In this document: in pieces, positions 1-9,497 of the stretch
Position numbering within the stretch: position 1 is the stretch's first letter
Layout of the letters: each line of letters opens with the position of its first letter
Source: Clostridiales bacterium UBA4362
GTDB lineage: Bacteria; Bacillota; Clostridia; TANB77; CAG-508
NCBI GenBank assembly: GCA_002393975.1
Contig: DGSM01000125.1
Span: forward strand, 1 to 32,434
Length of the DNA: 32,434 bases
Direction of reading: 5' to 3'
Translations under genes and position numbers: made by a program
The notes under the pieces: model-generated
Seen by the model: only the letters and a program-made list of their open reading frames with translations
Database searches by the model: none
Told to the model about the DNA's origin: nothing

Positions 1-338
1 GGCATTATAGTGAATGACATTATTATTCCAATTAGAACAATAATTGCTAAAATAATTAATAACGCAATCCAGAAATAAGGGTTGGCTAAAAGAGCGAATT
101 TCTTCGCTCCTGACGCAAACTTTGCTGCTGCCTTAACTTTCTTAGCTGTCTCGGCAGTTTTCTTTGCTTTTTGAGCCTTTTGCATTGCCTCTTTTGTCTT
201 TTTAGCTCTATCTATGTTTTTCTTGACTTCGTCTTTAGCCTTTTCTGGATTAGGTCCTAGTTGCTGTTCTTCTGTTGATTCTTCTGTTTCTTCTAAGTTA
301 TCTTCGTTTTCATTTGCATCTAATTCTTCATCATCCAC
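1..338 (-). CDS. 5' part (first ~112 aa) of a second giant membrane-anchored cell-wall hydrolase, paralog of 1505..6241; runs off the left edge
   Basis: Not in the ORF track. Manual translation from GTG at 338 (preceded by AGGAGGAGGT) gives MDDEELDANENED...GPNPEKAKDEVKKN...VKAAAKFASGAKKFALLANPYFWIALLIILAIIVLIGIIMSFTIMP, collinear with the N-terminus of the 1583-aa ORF. Confidence 0.9.
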   Translation of the reverse strand, partial: MDDEELDANENEDNLEETEESTEEQQLGPNPEKAKDEVKKNIDRAKKTKEAMQKAQKAKKTAETAKKVKAAAKFASGAKKFALLANPYFWIALLIILAIIVLIGIIMSFTIM

Positions 339-386
339 TCTATCCACCTCCTCCTAATTATAGTATTGTTTTTTGAAGTATTTTCT

Positions 387-1445
387 TTAGAAGGCTATGT
401 TGGATAACTCTATTGCGTATTCAAATGCATTTTTCGAGTATACCTTAATATAGAATGTATTTCCATTATAGTCATAACAGGTATATGTATAGTAATCACC
501 ATCTTTGTTTTCTGTTGCTGTAGATACATTTATTGCATTTAATTTATCATAATTACTGTTCATATATTGTTTAAATTTTTCAGCTGAGCCATATTTGCTC
601 TTGTTCTCAGATGTAAGTTTTGAATATGCCAAATCTGGATTATTTATACTTGCCACTTTAAACATTTTTAAATATTCAGTTGCCACTCTTCTTGCTTCAA
701 GTCTTGAAGGAGAATAGTAGTTGTTTTCTTTTGCCTCAACTTTTTTACTATCATTTAGATTTATTTTATTTCCTTCTTGCATAGAAGTAATTCCTGCACT
801 TTTCATAAAGTCATATGGAATAATAGAAAACACTTTATCAGATTCATTCAATTGGACAATATAGCCATACTCTTCTTGTGTTTTATTATCTGTATCTATT
901 CTATTTCCAAAAAGTACAACTATTTGGTTTATTTGTAGGCATCTAAATCCGCTAGTAGGAACAAAAACATAATGACCAGCCAACTGATTTATATTTTCTT
1001 CACTAATATTACTATTACTTATATAAATTGGATCTAAACAATTATATGTTGCTTTCTTAAAATCTATATCAGACATATTTCCATCTTGGTTAATATTATG
1101 TTCTTCATCATATATGCTACCTAATCTAGAATTAAATAAGTCAACACAATCCATGGCATTCATAAATAAAGTACTTAGGTTTAATGTATAAACTTTTTTA
1201 CTATCTTCTTCAGTTATACCCTTAGATTCAAAATTTGGATTATTTACAATATTCGCTTCTATGACATTATAATATTCAGCTGCACTTGCATCTATTATAT
1301 TTCTTTCTTCATCACTATTGGCTGAGATATTATCAAAATTGCTTTGACTTTTGTTTTTTAATGTATTGGTTAATATTATCGTTATTATTATTAACAATAA
1401 AAGTATTCCTACTATTATTAAAAGTAAAGTTTTCTTATCTTTCAT
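387..1445 (-). CDS. Bitopic membrane protein, putative VirB8/TcpC-like (NTF2-fold) T4SS component; paralog of 6260..7267
   Basis: N-terminal TM helix. Shares LAGxYxFxP, EYGYxVxLN, SxxPY and AYxxLxSExxSKxGS motifs with 6260..7267. The fold assignment is inference from context. Confidence 0.55.
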   Translation of the reverse strand: MKDKKTLLLIIVGILLLLIIITIILTNTLKNKSQSNFDNISANSDEERNIIDASAAEYYNVIEANIVNNPNFESKGITEEDSKKVYTLNLSTLFMNAMDCVDLFNSRLGSIYDEEHNINQDGNMSDIDFKKATYNCLDPIYISNSNISEENINQLAGHYVFVPTSGFRCLQINQIVVLFGNRIDTDNKTQEEYGYIVQLNESDKVFSIIPYDFMKSAGITSMQEGNKINLNDSKKVEAKENNYYSPSRLEARRVATEYLKMFKVASINNPDLAYSKLTSENKSKYGSAEKFKQYMNSNYDKLNAINVSTATENKDGDYYTYTCYDYNGNTFYIKVYSKNAFEYAIELSNIAF

Positions 1446-1469
1446 ATTTCTTCCTTTTAATTATTTAAT

Positions 1470-1502
1470 TAAATGTATAGAGCTTTACGCTCTATACATT
1501 TA
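1470..1502 (-). terminator. Perfect 14-bp stem-loop immediately after the giant hydrolase stop codon (terminator or mRNA-stabilising hairpin)
   Basis: TAAATGTATAGAGC-tttac-GCTCTATACATTTA; only a short U-tract follows. Confidence 0.6.
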
Positions 1503-1504
1503 TA

Positions 1505-4500
1505 TTATTTTTTTGGTTCTACTGGGCAAGCAAAGTATGATCCTGCAGGGAAACGAATTGTTCTAGTACCACAATCATGTTTAGTTGCTTCAAAGCTTGA
1601 ATTTGTTACTCCATCATAGTTTCCATCAAATATTACGCAACTTCCATCAGGATTTACTTCTAATACAACTCCAGTATGTCCATATACACTGCTAGAAGGC
1701 ATACTGAATATTGCTCCTGGTACTGGTGTACTTGATAATTTAAATTTATCTGGATTACATCTTACAACACTATTTGCAACATCTATACCATTTCCACATC
1801 CATCCCAGCATGCAAATCCATATAATTCATATGAACAACCCCACGCAAAGTAAGTACATTGTCCCATAAATCCTGCTGCTAAAGGATTAGATGGAGATTG
1901 CCAAGCAGCATCATTATTCCAATTTGGTTGATAACCAGCTGCATTTGCTAAACCAACAGGAGCTCCAACAGATAAAGGTGGTCTAAATATTTTTGTCCAA
2001 TTTGAACTACAAGTTACTTCACTAACTTCTCCACCAGTTTGGTCTCCATTTGTAGCAAGTTTACCAGTTGATCCTGAAGGATGTCCTCCAGGTAGGTTAT
2101 CTGCACCATGTGCTCCTACACTCTTACCATCTCCAGAATATATTTCTGTATGGCCATCTCTCCACAGAATATCACCTTTTTGACAATTATTTGGTCCAGG
2201 GAAATCCATTTCAGTAAATCCTAAAGAAGTTAGGGTCTCCCTCTCTCCTCCTCCTGTGGTAAATGCTGATGGGCTATATTTTCTAACATCATAATTATTA
2301 TTTAATAATGCATAGTATACAAATGCTGAACAGTCAACATCTAAACAACCATTAGAATTCTCATTGTAATATCTATGAGTTTGACAATATCCTACTAAAG
2401 AGTTTTCAGCTTGTTGTAGTGCCCATTCTACATAGTCAATATTTAAATTTCCATTTGCATTATATCTATTTCCATACTCAGGATGATCTAAATACCATAA
2501 CTCTTCAGCCATATCCTTTTCATCCTCATATGTATAAATAGGATCAATATAATCTTCTACGTTTTCTACTTTTGTTTTATCAGCCTTTTTCATAGAAACA
2601 TAGATTTTATCTCCAGAATCTTCTTCTCCTTCTGTTGCGGGTTTAGGATTTCCCGCTATCTCTTCACCTCTTAAGATAGTATCTCCTACAGAAAATTTAA
2701 TATCGTGAAGTCCTGAAATCTTCATTGTTATTCCAACTACATCATCATCTTCAAAAACTTGGAAAGTATCTTTAAATCTATATCTTCTCATTACTTCTGC
2801 TGCACTATATAAAGGTGCTCTATCATAAGGAGTTTCTCGATTGTAGAAAGGATCTCTTTCATCATCTTGATGTAGTAACATCATAGTACCTTGAAGTGGA
2901 TATACTTTATCATCAGTAAGTGTTGTAAACTCTATTTCTAGGAAATCTCCGTGATCATCACTTCCGATACTCTTTACTTTTGCATCTCCTGGTGCAACTA
3001 TTTGAGTATTTTCCATAAAATTGCTAATTACAACTCCATACTCATTTGAATCTCTTCCTGTATCACTTATTGTCTTATTTTTTCCATTATCTGTTTGTCC
3101 AAGATTTCTATTTATAGTTGCTGCAACATCTGCACCTTTGGTTCCTTCTACATTTGTAATCCATAGTAGAATATTTTTTTCATGGCTATTCATTTCATCT
3201 TCTGTGAAATAGTCCATCTCTACCATTAATTTTTTAAGAAGTCTATAGTTTACATCTGCTGCTTCTGAATTTACATTCTCTAAAATAGAAAATGCTTCTA
3301 AAGTATTAGATTTATCTGATTTGAAATCAACTAGTTTTTTACACATTGGACTCTCTTCGCCCAATTCTTCTAGTTCTAATTCTCCTCCTTCTTCTTCCAT
3401 TACATCAAGTACATCTTGAACTTTTGCTTCTGCTTCATCAGGATTTCCTTTTTCTTCTTCTTCATCAGCTTTAATTAATGCATCTGATTTCTCTGTTACT
3501 TGTAATTGTGCTTGCTTTGCACTAACATATTCAGTTGCATCTTCTTTAGTAACCGTTAATTTGTCACTATCACTCTCTGAACTATGCCAATTGTACTTAA
3601 TCTCTTCTTCTACTATTTTTTCAGGATTTTTTTCAAATTTAGGATCATTATAGTCATCAGTTTCATATTTAGCTTCTATTGCTCTTGCTGCAGCTATTTT
3701 TCTTGCAGTTTCAGTAGTTCCATCATATTTATAATAAGCACCATGGAATATTTTCTTTAGATAAATATTTGGTTTCTCATTTAAGTAAGGCTCACATACT
3801 TGATAGAATATTCCTTCATCTGATGATAATAATGCTGTTAATTCTATTTCATATCCATCAAGTCCACCTTCTTCATCACTATATTTTATTGTTTTCTTTG
3901 CAGTTGCAGCTTTCTTATAAGCACCATATAATGTATCTTTTCCAACTGTTCCCATAAAATCAATTATATGATAATACCAATGATTTGTTACGCTCTCTAT
4001 ATAAGGCCATTTAATACTTGTTCCACCAAGTCCAGCAGCTACTAATCTTGTTAAGTTTTGATAATCATCATTTGATAAGTTAGCTGTAAAAGAATTTCCT
4101 TGGTCGTCTTTTAAACTAAGACCGCTAGTATCACTTCCTGTTTCAATCTTTACATAGAATAAATCCATCATTGAATCAGCTAAATCTTTTAAAGTATCGG
4201 CAATTGAACCAAATAAATCTACAACTAAGAATCCACCACCTTTTTTAGCTTCCTCAGTATATTGAGTAGTTGTTGTTTTGGTACCATCTTCATTTTCAGT
4301 AGTTACTTCTTCTGATATAGCTTGTCCGTCTCTTGGTTTGTATGATAGTAATTGAGGATTATCTGGGTCATAGTCTGGTAATATCCATTTTGCAAGTTTA
4401 GCTAAGAAGCCCTCACCCATATCAATTTCGATTGGAGGTAATAAACCATCTAGCCATTCAAAGAAATTACCAAATAGATTAACGATATCTGCTAAAACAG

Positions 4501-6241
4501 TTGTGACAAATCCTCCAACATCAGTAAGTATAGACCAAACATCATCTCCTATATTCTTTATTTTTTCAATAATGTAGTCTTTAATAAATTCTGCCATATC
4601 TTTTCTAGCCGCATTAGCATCTTGTGATTGCTCTCTAAAATATTTGTCTGCTTGTGCCATTGCTGCTCTATAGTTTATAGCATCTTTATTTCCTAACCAA
4701 CCAGTAGTTGTATCATCCACAACTAATTGATCTTGGAATGCTTCTACAACACATCTTCTGTATTTCTTAGCATTCTCTTCTCCTCCTACTGATTGTGCAA
4801 AGTTTTGATCATATAAGTGATCTCTAATTTTATTCCAGAATGAATTAGGATTTGTAGCTCCTAATTGTTCTAATAAGAATTTATCTACTAATTCATCTAA
4901 GTTTTCTTCTTTATTTTCTTGTCCAGTTTCTGATTGAACATCATTTTCACCAAAAGTTACATTATGCCCATCTATTTTAATATGTGTATCAAAATTTATT
5001 TTAGCATCTTGCAATCCAATATTTACTTTAGTATTAAATGCTTGATCAACTGCCATTTGATAAGGAAGATCTGGCATCATACTTGATAAGTGCAATGCTA
5101 AGAATAATTCTAATGGTCTTCCATAAATAGCAGTCCAGTTACTTAAGTCAACACTAAAGGTTTGGCCCCATTGAATTTTCCATAATCCTAAACTTAATGC
5201 TTTTTCATAAAGAAGAAGCTTTTTATTTTTAACATCTATTTTTATTCTTGTTGGTGAACCATCTAATGTAGAATTAAAGATATTATTTCCCCCAGCATTT
5301 GTAAAGTTAAGCATACCTGTAGAGGCTGATTTTACTCCGACATTTCCAGGATCTTTCCATTCATCTGAAGAGTGTCCTCCAAATATATCATTCAAACCAT
5401 TAACGATGGCATCTCCTAATTCATTAAACCATCCTTTTATACTATACCTTGCTTCAGTATATGTAGCCGCTTCTGCAGAAAGATATGCTCTTAAATAATC
5501 ATTGTTCTTAGAGCTAAATCTTCCTGTGATTGAATACATCTCATCTCCATCTTCATATTCATCACTAGATACAGTTGTAACTGCTTGCAACCCAAATACT
5601 CTTTTTATCTCTCCTCCCTGTGTTGCCTGTTCTTGAGTTACATAGTTTCTTTTTCCTTCAACCGCATTTGCTTTTTCATCAGTCTCATTAACCTCTTCTT
5701 GTTGGTCTTTGGTATCATCTGTATATTCAACATCTCCAAAACCATAACCTTGGATATCATATCCCATGTTTTGAATATAGTTTGCTAAATCTTTTACTTC
5801 ATCACTACCATTACTTATTGAAGAAGTTGAGTCTCCCCAAACTAATCCACAAAAGCCTTTCATCATACCTTCAACAAACTGTTTAGCTTTTCCCAAAAAA
5901 TTAGAAGGCATTATAGTAAAAGACATTATCAAGCCAATCAAAACAATGATTGCTAAAATTATTAACATAGCAATCCAAAAATAAGGGTTAGCTAATAAAG
6001 CGAATTTCTTCGCTCCTGATGCAAATTTGGCTGCGGCCTTAACTTGCTTAGCTTTTTTAGCTGCTTTTTGGGCCTTTTGCACCTTTTGCATCTTCTCTTT
6101 CATTTTTTTGGCTTTTTCAACTTTTTGTTTAACCTCATCTTTGGCCTTTTCAGGATTAGGTCCTTGTTGTTCTTTATCTTGTTCTTCTTGTTCTTCTTCC
6201 TCTTCCTTCTCTTCTTCTGGATCTAATTCATCATCATTCAT
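1505..6241 (-). CDS. Giant (~1578 aa) membrane-anchored peptidoglycan hydrolase (VirB1-role): charged N-terminus, TM, large unknown region, degenerate M23-like domain, NlpC/P60 (Amidase_5-like) domain, C-terminal CHAP domain
   Basis: CHAP: GQCTYFAW...GNG...PVPGAIFS...YGHTGVV...DGNY. NlpC/P60: DVDCSAFVYYAL...GDILWRDGHTEIY...VGAH. M23-like: IVAPGDAKV...GDFLEIEF...VGDTILRGEEIA. ATG at 6241 (GAGGAG RBS 7 nt upstream) preferred over the track's TTG at 6256. Confidence 0.85.
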   Translation of the reverse strand: MNDDELDPEEEKEEEEEQEEQDKEQQGPNPEKAKDEVKQKVEKAKKMKEKMQKVQKAQKAAKKAKQVKAAAKFASGAKKFALLANPYFWIAMLIILAIIVLIGLIMSFTIMPSNFLGKAKQFVEGMMKGFCGLVWGDSTSSISNGSDEVKDLANYIQNMGYDIQGYGFGDVEYTDDTKDQQEEVNETDEKANAVEGKRNYVTQEQATQGGEIKRVFGLQAVTTVSSDEYEDGDEMYSITGRFSSKNNDYLRAYLSAEAATYTEARYSIKGWFNELGDAIVNGLNDIFGGHSSDEWKDPGNVGVKSASTGMLNFTNAGGNNIFNSTLDGSPTRIKIDVKNKKLLLYEKALSLGLWKIQWGQTFSVDLSNWTAIYGRPLELFLALHLSSMMPDLPYQMAVDQAFNTKVNIGLQDAKINFDTHIKIDGHNVTFGENDVQSETGQENKEENLDELVDKFLLEQLGATNPNSFWNKIRDHLYDQNFAQSVGGEENAKKYRRCVVEAFQDQLVVDDTTTGWLGNKDAINYRAAMAQADKYFREQSQDANAARKDMAEFIKDYIIEKIKNIGDDVWSILTDVGGFVTTVLADIVNLFGNFFEWLDGLLPPIEIDMGEGFLAKLAKWILPDYDPDNPQLLSYKPRDGQAISEEVTTENEDGTKTTTTQYTEEAKKGGGFLVVDLFGSIADTLKDLADSMMDLFYVKIETGSDTSGLSLKDDQGNSFTANLSNDDYQNLTRLVAAGLGGTSIKWPYIESVTNHWYYHIIDFMGTVGKDTLYGAYKKAATAKKTIKYSDEEGGLDGYEIELTALLSSDEGIFYQVCEPYLNEKPNIYLKKIFHGAYYKYDGTTETARKIAAARAIEAKYETDDYNDPKFEKNPEKIVEEEIKYNWHSSESDSDKLTVTKEDATEYVSAKQAQLQVTEKSDALIKADEEEEKGNPDEAEAKVQDVLDVMEEEGGELELEELGEESPMCKKLVDFKSDKSNTLEAFSILENVNSEAADVNYRLLKKLMVEMDYFTEDEMNSHEKNILLWITNVEGTKGADVAATINRNLGQTDNGKNKTISDTGRDSNEYGVVISNFMENTQIVAPGDAKVKSIGSDDHGDFLEIEFTTLTDDKVYPLQGTMMLLHQDDERDPFYNRETPYDRAPLYSAAEVMRRYRFKDTFQVFEDDDVVGITMKISGLHDIKFSVGDTILRGEEIAGNPKPATEGEEDSGDKIYVSMKKADKTKVENVEDYIDPIYTYEDEKDMAEELWYLDHPEYGNRYNANGNLNIDYVEWALQQAENSLVGYCQTHRYYNENSNGCLDVDCSAFVYYALLNNNYDVRKYSPSAFTTGGGERETLTSLGFTEMDFPGPNNCQKGDILWRDGHTEIYSGDGKSVGAHGADNLPGGHPSGSTGKLATNGDQTGGEVSEVTCSSNWTKIFRPPLSVGAPVGLANAAGYQPNWNNDAAWQSPSNPLAAGFMGQCTYFAWGCSYELYGFACWDGCGNGIDVANSVVRCNPDKFKLSSTPVPGAIFSMPSSSVYGHTGVVLEVNPDGSCVIFDGNYDGVTNSSFEATKHDCGTRTIRFPAGSYFACPVEPKK

Positions 6242-6259
6242 GCTTAATCTCCTCAATTT

Positions 6260-7267
6260 TTAAAGTATAATATTTGAGAATTTTATTTTAAAATCAAAAA
6301 AGTCTTTTTCTTTTGTTGTAATATAATATTTATTTTGATCTTTATCTGTACAAGTATAATCTATTATTTCATTATTAGGTTTCTTAATACTAGAATAAAC
6401 TTCTATAGCATCAAATTTTTCTTTATTTTTATTTACATATATTTGATATGCTTTTGTAGAACCAAATTTGCTTGAATATTCACTATCCAATTCCGCATAT
6501 GCTAATTCTGGCATGTACTTAGTATTATATTTAAATTGTTTAATTATTTCCTTTGAGCAATTCTTCGCAGAATCTTCAACAATTGTCAATTCATTATAAC
6601 TATTTAGCTTTATGTCAGTATTTATCTTATTTTCTTTAGAAGCTAATAAATCTTTTAATTCTTGCAATTCATATGGAGCTACAGAATAGGTTCTATTTAC
6701 ATAGTTAAGCGTTACTAAATATCCATATTCCTTTGCAGTTTTGTCTGTTTCATTTACTCTATACCCATAGTATATAAATGTTTCCACCGTCATACTTACT
6801 GGCAAAGCACTTGTTCCTATAGGTATAAATGTATATTCTCCCGCAAGTTCTTTAACATTATTAGAATCTATTTTTTTATTTGTTTTATAATTTTCATCTA
6901 AAATTGATAATATAGAATTATAATTAATTGGCTCAATTAAGTTTTTATTTAGTAATTCGATATCAGAAATTCCTGTAAGTATTTTTTTTATAGAAATACT
7001 CTTTGAATAGTTTTTAATATTTAATTGCGATTCAATTTCTTCTTTGGAAAGAAGATTGCTATCCCAAACCTCTTCTTTCCCTAAATATGTATATGCTGTA
7101 TCTTCTTCTACTTCTTCCGCTACTTCAATTATATTTTGATTTGCCAATTCTTTTTTTGAAGATAAAAATGGTATTACTTGATTAAGAACTATAGCAAGTA
7201 ACATTCCTATTATTACTAAAGCTATTATAACCATAAGCAATAATTTATTTTTAGTAGCTTTGTCCAT
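6260..7267 (-). CDS. Bitopic membrane protein, putative VirB8/TcpC-like T4SS component; paralog of 387..1445
   Basis: N-terminal TM; PELAYAELDSEYSSKFGSTKAYQIYV motif; sits directly upstream of the giant hydrolase, as its paralog does. Confidence 0.55.
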   Translation of the reverse strand: MDKATKNKLLLMVIIALVIIGMLLAIVLNQVIPFLSSKKELANQNIIEVAEEVEEDTAYTYLGKEEVWDSNLLSKEEIESQLNIKNYSKSISIKKILTGISDIELLNKNLIEPINYNSILSILDENYKTNKKIDSNNVKELAGEYTFIPIGTSALPVSMTVETFIYYGYRVNETDKTAKEYGYLVTLNYVNRTYSVAPYELQELKDLLASKENKINTDIKLNSYNELTIVEDSAKNCSKEIIKQFKYNTKYMPELAYAELDSEYSSKFGSTKAYQIYVNKNKEKFDAIEVYSSIKKPNNEIIDYTCTDKDQNKYYITTKEKDFFDFKIKFSNIIL

Positions 7268-7293
7268 TTTTCCTCACAATTCTATTTTAATTA

Positions 7294-8232
7294 TTATAAT
7301 CCAATATTAAAACTATAATATTGATCTGCTGATGTAGCAGTATCTGCATTTGTTCCGTCGTAGTTCTCTAATAATCTTACACAATTAAAATTAATTTGTG
7401 TTGCATTCTTCTTATCATCAAAATATTTATCAAAAATTAAAGTAAATGTATCAGATGCTCCTGGTCTAATAACAACTTCTGCATTTGAAAGGTTAGTTGC
7501 AGTTCTTTTATCTCCATTTACATTTAAAGTAATCTCTGCCCCCATTGTTCCATCAGCAATGTCTAGATATTTGTCAGTTCTATTAATTATTGTAATATCA
7601 TAAGACACTTTATTATAACTTTGATAATAGCTATTTAATTTAACTATCATATTGTTATCTTCTAGTTGCTTATTTACAGTAACTTTTCTAATAAAGTCTC
7701 CAGTAGAAATCTTGAAATTTCCATCACTTTGTCTTACAAAAGTAAATTTTTCTGTATATGTACTATAATCTCCAGAAGTTCCTGTAGCACCTATATCGTC
7801 TAATATTGTTACATCATAAATATAGTGGCTGTCAAAATTCGAAAAGCTTTGGTAATTATAGATTTTTCTATTTTTAAATAAATTATCCACATATTGTTGA
7901 AACATGATTATATTATTATCAAATAGATACTCTTTACAATCATCTGTAAGTAACGCAAAAGCTTCCTCATATTCTTTATTATTACAATGCTTTACATATT
8001 CATCCATAGCAGTCTTTATTTTTTCTTGATATCTCGAAGGTGCAGAATTATCAGTTATTATTGCAACATCCGGATTATATGTGCTTTTTAATGCTTTATC
8101 AGGTCTGTTATTTTTTAATATTGTATTAATCAAAAATATAATAAGCCAACCTAAAAAGATAACTAAAACTACTCTTCTATACTTTACCCAAAAGTGTCTA
8201 AGCCAAAGAGTTATCTTTGCTTTAAAATCCAT
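7294..8232 (-). CDS. Bitopic membrane protein with NTF2-like (VirB8-like) domain and a C-terminal Ig-like beta-sandwich
   Basis: N-terminal TM; YEEAFALLTDDCKEYLF...FQQYV motif; C-terminal YDITIINRTD...VIRPGASDTFTLIF is typical of Ig-like domains; GGAGGAG RBS. Confidence 0.5.
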   Translation of the reverse strand: MDFKAKITLWLRHFWVKYRRVVLVIFLGWLIIFLINTILKNNRPDKALKSTYNPDVAIITDNSAPSRYQEKIKTAMDEYVKHCNNKEYEEAFALLTDDCKEYLFDNNIIMFQQYVDNLFKNRKIYNYQSFSNFDSHYIYDVTILDDIGATGTSGDYSTYTEKFTFVRQSDGNFKISTGDFIRKVTVNKQLEDNNMIVKLNSYYQSYNKVSYDITIINRTDKYLDIADGTMGAEITLNVNGDKRTATNLSNAEVVIRPGASDTFTLIFDKYFDDKKNATQINFNCVRLLENYDGTNADTATSADQYYSFNIGL

Positions 8233-8244
8233 AATTCTCCTCCA

Positions 8245-8808
8245 TTATTGAACTTGAAATGATATTTCAAATTCATTATTTCCGTTTTCTCTTACAACAA
8301 ATCTCTCTGTTAATGTTGCAAAACTACTATTATTATCATCATCCATTTTAACTGTTACAACATAATAAGGTGCTTGTCTATTGATATCTTCATATGTCAA
8401 AACACTGTTTTTTGGAAAATGTGCTTCCACATATGTTTTAAATTCTTCTACAGAAGGAAAATAATTAGCTCTAAATTCACTATTTAAAGTGTAGTAGGCC
8501 TTATTATAATCTCCTTTTTCAATCCAGGTTAAGAACTCTCCAATATAGGTTTGGCATCTGTTTCTCTCACCTTGTTCACCAATATTGTTTTTCATAGATT
8601 GCTCAACAATATTATCATTCGCAACTTCTCTCACAATGTTTTTAGGATTGAACTCATTATTTGTTGCATTCGCATCAGAATATTTCTTTTCAGAGTTATG
8701 ATTGATAAAAACTATTAAATTCAATCCTATTAATACTAGTATGACTATAGAAAACACAATGTTTTTTATGCTATCTTTATCGTTTTTTTCAGTTTTCACT
8801 TTTGCCAT
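8245..8808 (-). CDS. Bitopic membrane protein with a single NTF2-like (VirB8-like) domain
   Basis: TM near the N-terminus; GDYNKAYYTLNSEFRANYFPSVEEFKTYV motif shared with neighbours. Confidence 0.5.
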   Translation of the reverse strand: MAKVKTEKNDKDSIKNIVFSIVILVLIGLNLIVFINHNSEKKYSDANATNNEFNPKNIVREVANDNIVEQSMKNNIGEQGERNRCQTYIGEFLTWIEKGDYNKAYYTLNSEFRANYFPSVEEFKTYVEAHFPKNSVLTYEDINRQAPYYVVTVKMDDDNNSSFATLTERFVVRENGNNEFEISFQVQ

Positions 8809-8828
8809 TTCTCAATCTCTCCTTTTCA

Positions 8829-9428
8829 TTATGCTGAAAGCATAATTCTATGCTCTGCACTTTCTGAATTTCCTAAAGAAATCTTTAATGTCATTTCCTC
8901 ATTATTGTGAAATTTAAATTTTACTTTAAAACTTGTGTATTCATCTGTGCTTTCTATTGATGTCATATCAATGTTTCTTGATACACATATTGGACTCTTA
9001 ACCCATAAAACATGATTTAATTGACCATATATACTATATGCATCATCAAATGTATAAATGTTATATGATTCCATTTCACTCTTATGATTATCATAATATT
9101 GATTCATTGAGTCTTTAGATTTATTTTTTAAACTATTATATAGCGTAGTAAACTTTTTATTATCTAATAAATCCTTTATGTAATTATTAAGTTCCTCTTT
9201 TCCAACTGGTCCTTTATAGCTATTATAAAGTAAATCATAGTTATCATTAATTGTTTCAATTTCTGTTGTTGCATTAGCAACTTCTCTTTTAGTTTGGCTA
9301 ATTACATTTCCCCTATCTGAAGAGTCTGATGTTTTACTTGTTTTTTTACCATTATTATAAATAAACATTTGGCCCCATAAAAGAACTAATAATACAATTA
9401 TTATTCCAATAAAAACTTTATTCTTCAT
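8829..9428 (-). CDS. Membrane-anchored hypothetical protein of the T4SS-like locus
   Basis: 199-aa ORF, N-terminal TM, GAGGA RBS, operon-like spacing. Confidence 0.6.
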   Translation of the reverse strand: MKNKVFIGIIIVLLVLLWGQMFIYNNGKKTSKTSDSSDRGNVISQTKREVANATTEIETINDNYDLLYNSYKGPVGKEELNNYIKDLLDNKKFTTLYNSLKNKSKDSMNQYYDNHKSEMESYNIYTFDDAYSIYGQLNHVLWVKSPICVSRNIDMTSIESTDEYTSFKVKFKFHNNEEMTLKISLGNSESAEHRIMLSA

Positions 9429-9447
9429 AATTCCTCGCCTTATTACT

Positions 9448-9487
9448 AATACAAAAATAGGAATTTATTAACTCCTATTTTTGTATT
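9448..9487 (-). terminator. Intrinsic terminator-like hairpin after the last VirB6-like gene
   Basis: Perfect 15-bp inverted repeat AATACAAAAATAGGA (9448-9462) / TCCTATTTTTGTATT (9473-9487). Confidence 0.7.
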
Positions 9488-9497
9488 TTTATAATTA

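Noticed and set aside
1505-2440. Prophage lysin or tail protein interpretation of the CHAP/NlpC domains
   Set aside because: No phage structural, packaging or holin genes; the protein is membrane-anchored within a T4SS-like operon.
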